From positions 152,150,001-152,214,000 of the forward strand of contig NC_086097.1 in the NCBI RefSeq assembly GCF_963921235.1: DNA of 64,000 nt. Direction: 5' to 3'. The notes under the pieces were generated by a model. The model did not search any database. It was given only the letters and a program-made list of their open reading frames with translations, and was not told the DNA's origin. The stretch comes from Mobula hypostoma. Lineage: Eukaryota. Positions 58,355-64,000 of the stretch are shown here, piece after piece. The position numbers and the translations under genes are program-made. The first letter of the stretch is position 1; each line of letters starts with the position of its first letter.

Positions 58355-59087
58355 GGGAAAAAAGAATCTCTGGTGGAACTCAACAGATCAAACAGCACCT
58401 GTGGAGGAAGAGAGATGGTTGGCATTTTGGGTGAAGACCCCACATCAGTCCTGTGTGATTTTGAATACCATATTAAATTAGCCACAATATTACTTAATTC
58501 TGATTTGGCCCATTCCAACATGTCGGTCTATGGCCTCCTCTATTGTCACAAAAAAGGCCACGCTCATTTTGGAGGAGCAACACCTCATATTCCATCTGTG
58601 TATCCTCCAATCTAATAGCATGAATATTGATTTATCTAACTTCCAGTAATTTCCCCTCCCTCCCCTACATTCTTTTTCTATTCCCTGTTCTAATCCTCCT
58701 CTCAACCCTTCTCCTCTCATCATCTACCCACTTGATAGTAATGGGTATAACTATCCTCTTCCTTCACTTTCCTCCCTGGTCTATTGTCCTCTCCTATGAG
58801 ACTCCTTCATCTTCAGCTCTTTACCCCCTCCACCTATCACTTCCCAACTTCTTATTTCTAGCCCCACCGATCCAAATACTCCTTCACCTGGTTTCACCAA
58901 TCAGCTGTCAGCTTGAACTTCATCCCCTTCCTCCACCTGCTTATCCTTTCCAGTACTGATGTATGGTCTCAGCCTAAACACTGAATGTTTATTCCTTTCC
59001 ATAGATGCTTTCCAACATGCTGAGTTCCTCCAGCATCTGTGTGTGTTGCTCAAGATGTGCAGCAGCTGTAGAATATCTTGTGCTTAT
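58355..59087 (+). mobile_element. Old Penelope-like element: inverted hammerhead segment (58355-58452) plus forward GIY-YIG C-terminus and 3' terminus
   Basis: HSNMSVYGLLYC...ggaggagcaacacctcatattc...agcatgaatattgat; degenerate hammerheads near 58425-58450 (-) and 58952-58987 (+). Confidence 0.72.
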
Positions 59088-59162
59088 GATTACAGTCTTC
59101 TTTCAGAAGCTACAATAGTGCATTTGTAAATCTTCAAAGTTATAAAATATCTTTGAATTGAC

Positions 59163-59748
59163 AGGGGCATCAGTTTAGGAGCAGAGAGGCAATATTGCAG
59201 CTGTATAGCACCCTGGTCAGACCCCATTTGGAGAACTGTGCTCAGTACCAGTTACCTCACTACAGGAAGGATGTGGAAACCATAGAAATGGTGCAGAGGA
59301 GATTTACAAGGATGTTGCCTGGATTGGGGAGCATGCTTTATGAGAATAGGTTGTGTGAACTTGGCTTTTTTCCCTTGGAGTGACAGAGGAAGAGAGGTGA
59401 CATGATAGAGGTGTATTAGGTGATGAGAGGCATTGATCATGTGGATAGTCAGAGGCTTTTTTCCAAGGCTGAAATGGGTAACACAAGAGGGCACAGTTTT
59501 AAGGTGCTTGGAAGTAGTTACAGAGGAGATGTCAGGGGTAAGTTTTTTACGCAGAGAGTGGTTAGTGCGTGAAATGGGCTGCCAGTGACAGTGGGGGAGG
59601 CGGATATGATAGAGTCTTTTAAGAGACTCCTGGATAGGTACATGGAGCTTAGAAAAATAGAGGGCTATGAGCAACCCTCGGTAATTTCTAAGATAAGATG
59701 TTCAGCACAGCTTTTTGGGCTGAAGGACCTGTAGGTTTTCTATGTTGT
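59163..59748 (+). mobile_element. CR1 3' fragment
   Basis: QLYSTLVRPHLENCAQY...VQRRFTRMLPGLGSM; tail ttctatgtt. Confidence 0.92.
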
Positions 59749-61141
59749 TTTATATCTCCCTCTCCAACTGGATCCTTGACTTCCTAATTAGGAGGAGGGA
59801 TCAGTGTTGGAAAAGGTGAGCAGCTTGTAGTTCCTAGATGTCAACATCTCTGAGGACCTCTCATTGAAACCTATTGAATGTTGAAAGACCTCAATAGAGT
59901 GGATGTGAAGAGGATGTTTTCTATGGTGGTGTATATAATATTAAAAAAAAATCAAATTTCACATCTTATGGCAGTGATATTAAACCTGTTTCTGATTCTG
60001 ATTAGGAAAAACATAAGCATTCTGTTTCCCTGTTCTGGAAAGCTGGGAGACAAAATGTTGGAATGGTGTTATATCTTTCAATGAAAAGATGCTGGCATCT
60101 TCTTTCATGAAAGTAGTAGCAGGGCATTTAGAAAGTCATGATACACATTTGCTGAACCGGCAGGCTTTTATAAAATTGATAATGTGCTTATCACTTTAGT
60201 GTGGTTCTTTGAGATTGAGACGAGCATGTCCAACAAACCTTGCAAGTCAAAGGTTAATTGGTTCCAAATTAGTATGGGCATCAAAAGTTACAGGAGAAGG
60301 AAGAGAATGGGGTTGAGAAGGAAAATATGTTGGCCATGATAGAACAACGAAGCAGAATTGCTTAATTCTGTCCTATGTCTTATAATTTTATGGTTTTATA
60401 TTGATGGCCCTCTCCTTCACAACTGCACAACACTACAGCTAAATAATGTGACTAATCAAATCTTCACTCTTTCTTTCTTTTCCTTCTTTAACTGCTGGCA
60501 CTGAAAGAAATGTTTACCTGGACAATCCTTGTCAAAAATCTGTCAGAGACATTCCTTCTATTCTGACCAACCATACTCTTTCCTTCATATTTTTTTTCTC
60601 ACTTTTCTGTTTTTGGTTTCTCTGCTCATGTTCCTGTTTCAGATTCTGAACAATGCAGGTTACTTGATTATAACATTCCTGTTGATTGGACCCTATAGTG
60701 TCACTAATTGGTTGCCACAGTTTCTTCTATATTTAAACATACTTCAGTGGCCAAAAAGACATTTTTTTCCCTTTTTGACATTTCCTGTTATCTGTACAGA
60801 GATAAAATATCAGGAACTGAAGTGAACATTATATGGATTTGTGTGGCTCCTGATGTCATTATATATAGAGAACAAAAAATATTAATTAGCTTGATCTTAC
60901 AACTATAATATAGCCTCACATTATCCCAAGAATGATGGTAGCAGATTCAATCAGTTATTATGTAGCTTTTTGTAGCTGTCAGGAAGCAGTTAGAACAATC
61001 TTTCATGGAGCTGACAGCATGAGCAGTTTCAGTGAGATATTAGACGGAGATCGAGATAGAGAGGGGCCTGAAAAGTGAAGACTTCCAATCATTCACTAAA
61101 AATCCATTAAAATCTATGGAAAGCAGAATATATATTCACTC

Positions 61142-61388
61142 TAGACACTAGGCACTAGAATACTACAGCACAGTACAGGCCCTTCGGCCCTCGATGTTGT
61201 GCTGATCCTTATATTCCTTTAAAAAGCTTACTAAACCCACACTACCCCGTAACCTTCTATTTTTCTTTCATCCATGTGCCTGTCCAAGAGGCTCTTAAAT
61301 ACCCCTAATGTTTTAACCTCCACCACCAGCCCTGGCAAGTCATTCCAGGCACCCACAACCCTCTGTGTAAAAAAACTTACCCCTGATA
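61142..61388 (-). mobile_element. CR1 3' end
   Basis: SGVSFFTQRVVGAWNDLP plus 3' UTR gggccgaagggcctgtactgtgctgtagtattctag. Confidence 0.85.
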
Positions 61389-61439
61389 AGTTCAATAAGG
61401 CAACATACTGAACCATATATCTATAATAAATTTAAGAAC

Positions 61440-62500
61440 TGCATAAAGAGAGGGAAAAATGGAGGTAGTGTACATGGGTTCATTCTCAACTCAGAAACTG
61501 ACGGTGGAGGAGAAAACCGTGTTCCTGAAGTTTTGAGCATGTATCCTTAGGCTCCTGTTCATGATCCTTGATGGTAACAATGAGAAGAGGGCATGTCCTT
61601 GGTGATGGAGGTAACGAATGATGGATGCTGCCTTTTTGCAGCATCTCCTTTTAAAGATGTTCTTGTTGCTGGGGAGGCTGGTGCCCATGATGACTGAGTT
61701 TGCAAACTTCTGCAGCTTTTTCCAATTCTGTCCAATGCCCCCTCCATACCAGACAGTGATGCAACTAGTAAGAATATTCTATAGAAATTTGTGATTCTTT
61801 GGTGTCATACTAAGTATCCTCAAACTTCTGATAATAAAGCTGCTGTCATGCCTTCTTTGTAATTGCATTAATATGTTGGGCCCAGGATAGATCTTCAGAG
61901 ATGCTGACATCCAGGAACTTGAAGCTGCTCACCCTTTCCACTGCTAATCCCTCAATGAGGACTGTTGTGTGTACCCTTGACTTTTCCTTCCTGAAGTCCA
62001 CAATCAATTCCTTGATCTTTCTGACATTGAATGCAAGGTTGCTGTTACAACACCTCCCAAACAGCTGATTTGTCTCACCTCTGTACACTTCCTCATCATC
62101 ATCTGAAATTCTGCCAACAATAGTTGAGTCATCAGCACATTTACAGATTGCATTTGAGTTCTGTGTAACCACACATTTGTGGGTGTAGAGAGAGTAGAGC
62201 AGTGGGCTAAGCATGCATCCTTGTGGTGAGCCAGTGTTGACTGTCAGCGTGGAGGACTTGTTATTTTGGATCCACATTGTCTGTAGTCTCATGATGACAA
62301 AGTTAAGGATCCACTTGCATGTACAGAGGCCAGGTTTTGGAGCTTGTCGCTCAGTACTGAGGGTATGATTGCTTTTGAACATGAGCTTTATTCAACATTC
62401 AGTAGGAATTTCAATTGTTCAGGTGATGCAAGGCTGAGTGCAGAGCCAGTGAGATTGCATCCGCTGTTGCCCTATTGAAGTGATTAGGCAAATTGCATTC
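61440..62500 (-). mobile_element. Older Rex1/Babar RT fragment
   Basis: NTGSPQGCMLSPLLYSLYTH.C...KCADDSTIVG...KELIVDFRK...SFKFLDVSISEDLSW. Confidence 0.88.
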
Positions 62501-62554
62501 TAATCTAATCTAATGTATTTTTTCCTGATCTCAGAATTGGATTCAAAGATCTTA

Positions 62555-63122
62555 ACCTCTGCATCTGTACAAAGATTTGGTTAGGCTGCACTTGGAATAT
62601 TGTGTGAAAGTCCAGTGCCCTGTTAAAGGAAGGATATGGAGGGTTTAGAAAAGCTGCAGAATGCATGATGTTAGCTGAATTGGATAGAAAGAGCTACTGT
62701 CTAAGAGAAGGTTGGTCAAACTTGGGTTGTCTTCACTTGAGCATTGAAGGATAGAAGTTTATAAGACTACAAGAGGCATAGATCAGGTAGACAGAATCTA
62801 TTTGCCAGGATAGAAGTGTGATATACTAGAGGACATGCAAGGTGGGGGGGGGGGGGAAATGTTTAAAGGAGATGTATGGGGCAAGGTTTTAACACAGGGG
62901 GTGGTAGGTGCCTGAAATAGGCTTATGTGGTGGGGGGGATGGTAGAATCTTATATGGAGGTGGCATTTAAGAGACAGTTAAGTAGGCACATAAATATTCA
63001 AGTAATGGAGAGCTATGGATTATGTGTAGCAAGAAGAATTTGTTTAATTTGGCATGATGTTCGATACCGATATTGTTGGATGGAGAGCCTGCTCCTGTGT
63101 GGTACCGTGCTCTGTTCTATCT
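62555..63122 (+). mobile_element. Old CR1 3' fragment
   Basis: ttggttaggctgcacttggaatattgtgtg, actagaggacatg, gtggtaggtgcctg, tail gtgctctgttctat. Confidence 0.75.
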
Positions 63123-64000
63123 GATATCCCTGGAGTACTTTAAAGCTATGCTGACAGATGCCATACCAAACTTAATTACTCAAAGTTTCATACATTTCCA
63201 TTGTACCTCTTTACAATGATGTTCCTTTCTACCTTTGTGCCTGATTCTCTATAGTTATTGGAAAGTTTTATCATCTTATATCAAAAAGAAAATTACAAAA
63301 TATTTTCAACTCCTCTGGCATCATATTATTTATTATTAACTTCCTATTCATTTTCAAAGAGACCAAAATTTTCATTAGCACTTTGTTAATTTTTCCCACA
63401 ATTAAAAGCTCCTATTGTACTCATGTATATTTCTTATAGCAATCCTTAGCTGGAAGTTAAAGTTTTCCTCATCATTTTATCTAATAACTAATCTTTACAA
63501 TAATGTATTTTTTCTTTCAATTTAAAACATACTTACTTTTCTGAGTTAGCTATGAATGGATCACCTTCCAAGGAATCTTCATTTCACAGTAAAAAATATT
63601 CTTTGTTGAGAATTATGAAATATATGTCACTGCTCATCTGCCATTTTAACACTTCCCTGGACATTTTTCTGTCCGGATAAGTTGACCTTGCCTGTATTTC
63701 TTGCCTTCAACTGAGTTTCAGATGTTAGTCTGAAATCTAAAATTTGTACTGTGACCATGTGAAATTCCATGATTGTACAATAAATTCTTCCTAGAATGCA
63801 CTTTACCATAGGCCCATGGGTCTCCCTAAGTCAGAGTGCTCTTGGACTACCTTTACCAAAAGACGGCACCATCACCTTCTCATAGGCAGTTAGGGACAGC
63901 AGTTTTACGAGAGTGCCTACATGCTGGAAACCGAATAGAAAACAACTAATTCTCTCATTACACTTGACTAGATACAAAATTGCTTGGCTGCATAACACCA

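Noticed and set aside
1..64000. LINE orientation is mostly minus left of ~44 kb and more often plus to the right
   Set aside because: There are too few independent insertions, with exceptions on both sides, to infer a host gene strand or an inversion.
1..64000. Prokaryotic systems (CRISPR, retron, defence operons), rRNA or tRNA genes
   Set aside because: There is no operon-like coding density or repeat-spacer array. All RT motifs belong to eukaryotic retrotransposons, and tRNA-like boxes occur only within SINEs and the PBS.

Overview
This is eukaryotic DNA, most likely a cartilaginous fish (shark, ray or skate); that assignment is inferred from the repeat families (dense CR1 LINEs, V-domain SINEs, Rex1/Babar, Neptune-type Penelope elements). 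I recognise no host protein-coding exon, rRNA, tRNA gene or CRISPR array, so the window reads as intronic or intergenic sequence filled with nested transposon fossils. Contents: (1) many CR1 LINEs of several subfamilies, one retaining its 5' end at about 44.3-50.5 kb; (2) a two-LTR Gypsy element with a PNMA-like gag at 11.7-18.4 kb (minus); (3) a Sushi/chromovirus-like Gypsy remnant split by that CR1; (4) a young GC-rich RTE-clade LINE with an open 762-aa RT frame; (5) Rex1/Babar fragments; (6) DNA transposons, including a Harbinger derivative, a Tc1/mariner mini-MITE and a three-layer hAT/hAT/Tigger-like composite; (7) Penelope-like elements (PLEs). The most notable signal is RNA-structural. 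At least eight copies of a minimal hammerhead ribozyme motif (AGTC-CTGANGA-AGGG..CCY-GAAAC-GTC^GACT) lie in PLE termini. Three of them are 115-150 bp insertions with about 13-bp target-site duplications (TSDs). These three and a longer fourth copy are built as an inverted hammerhead segment joined to the element's 3' end, with the inversion breakpoint repeatedly at the ribozyme's 5' edge. All boundaries were read by eye and are approximate unless a TSD is quoted.
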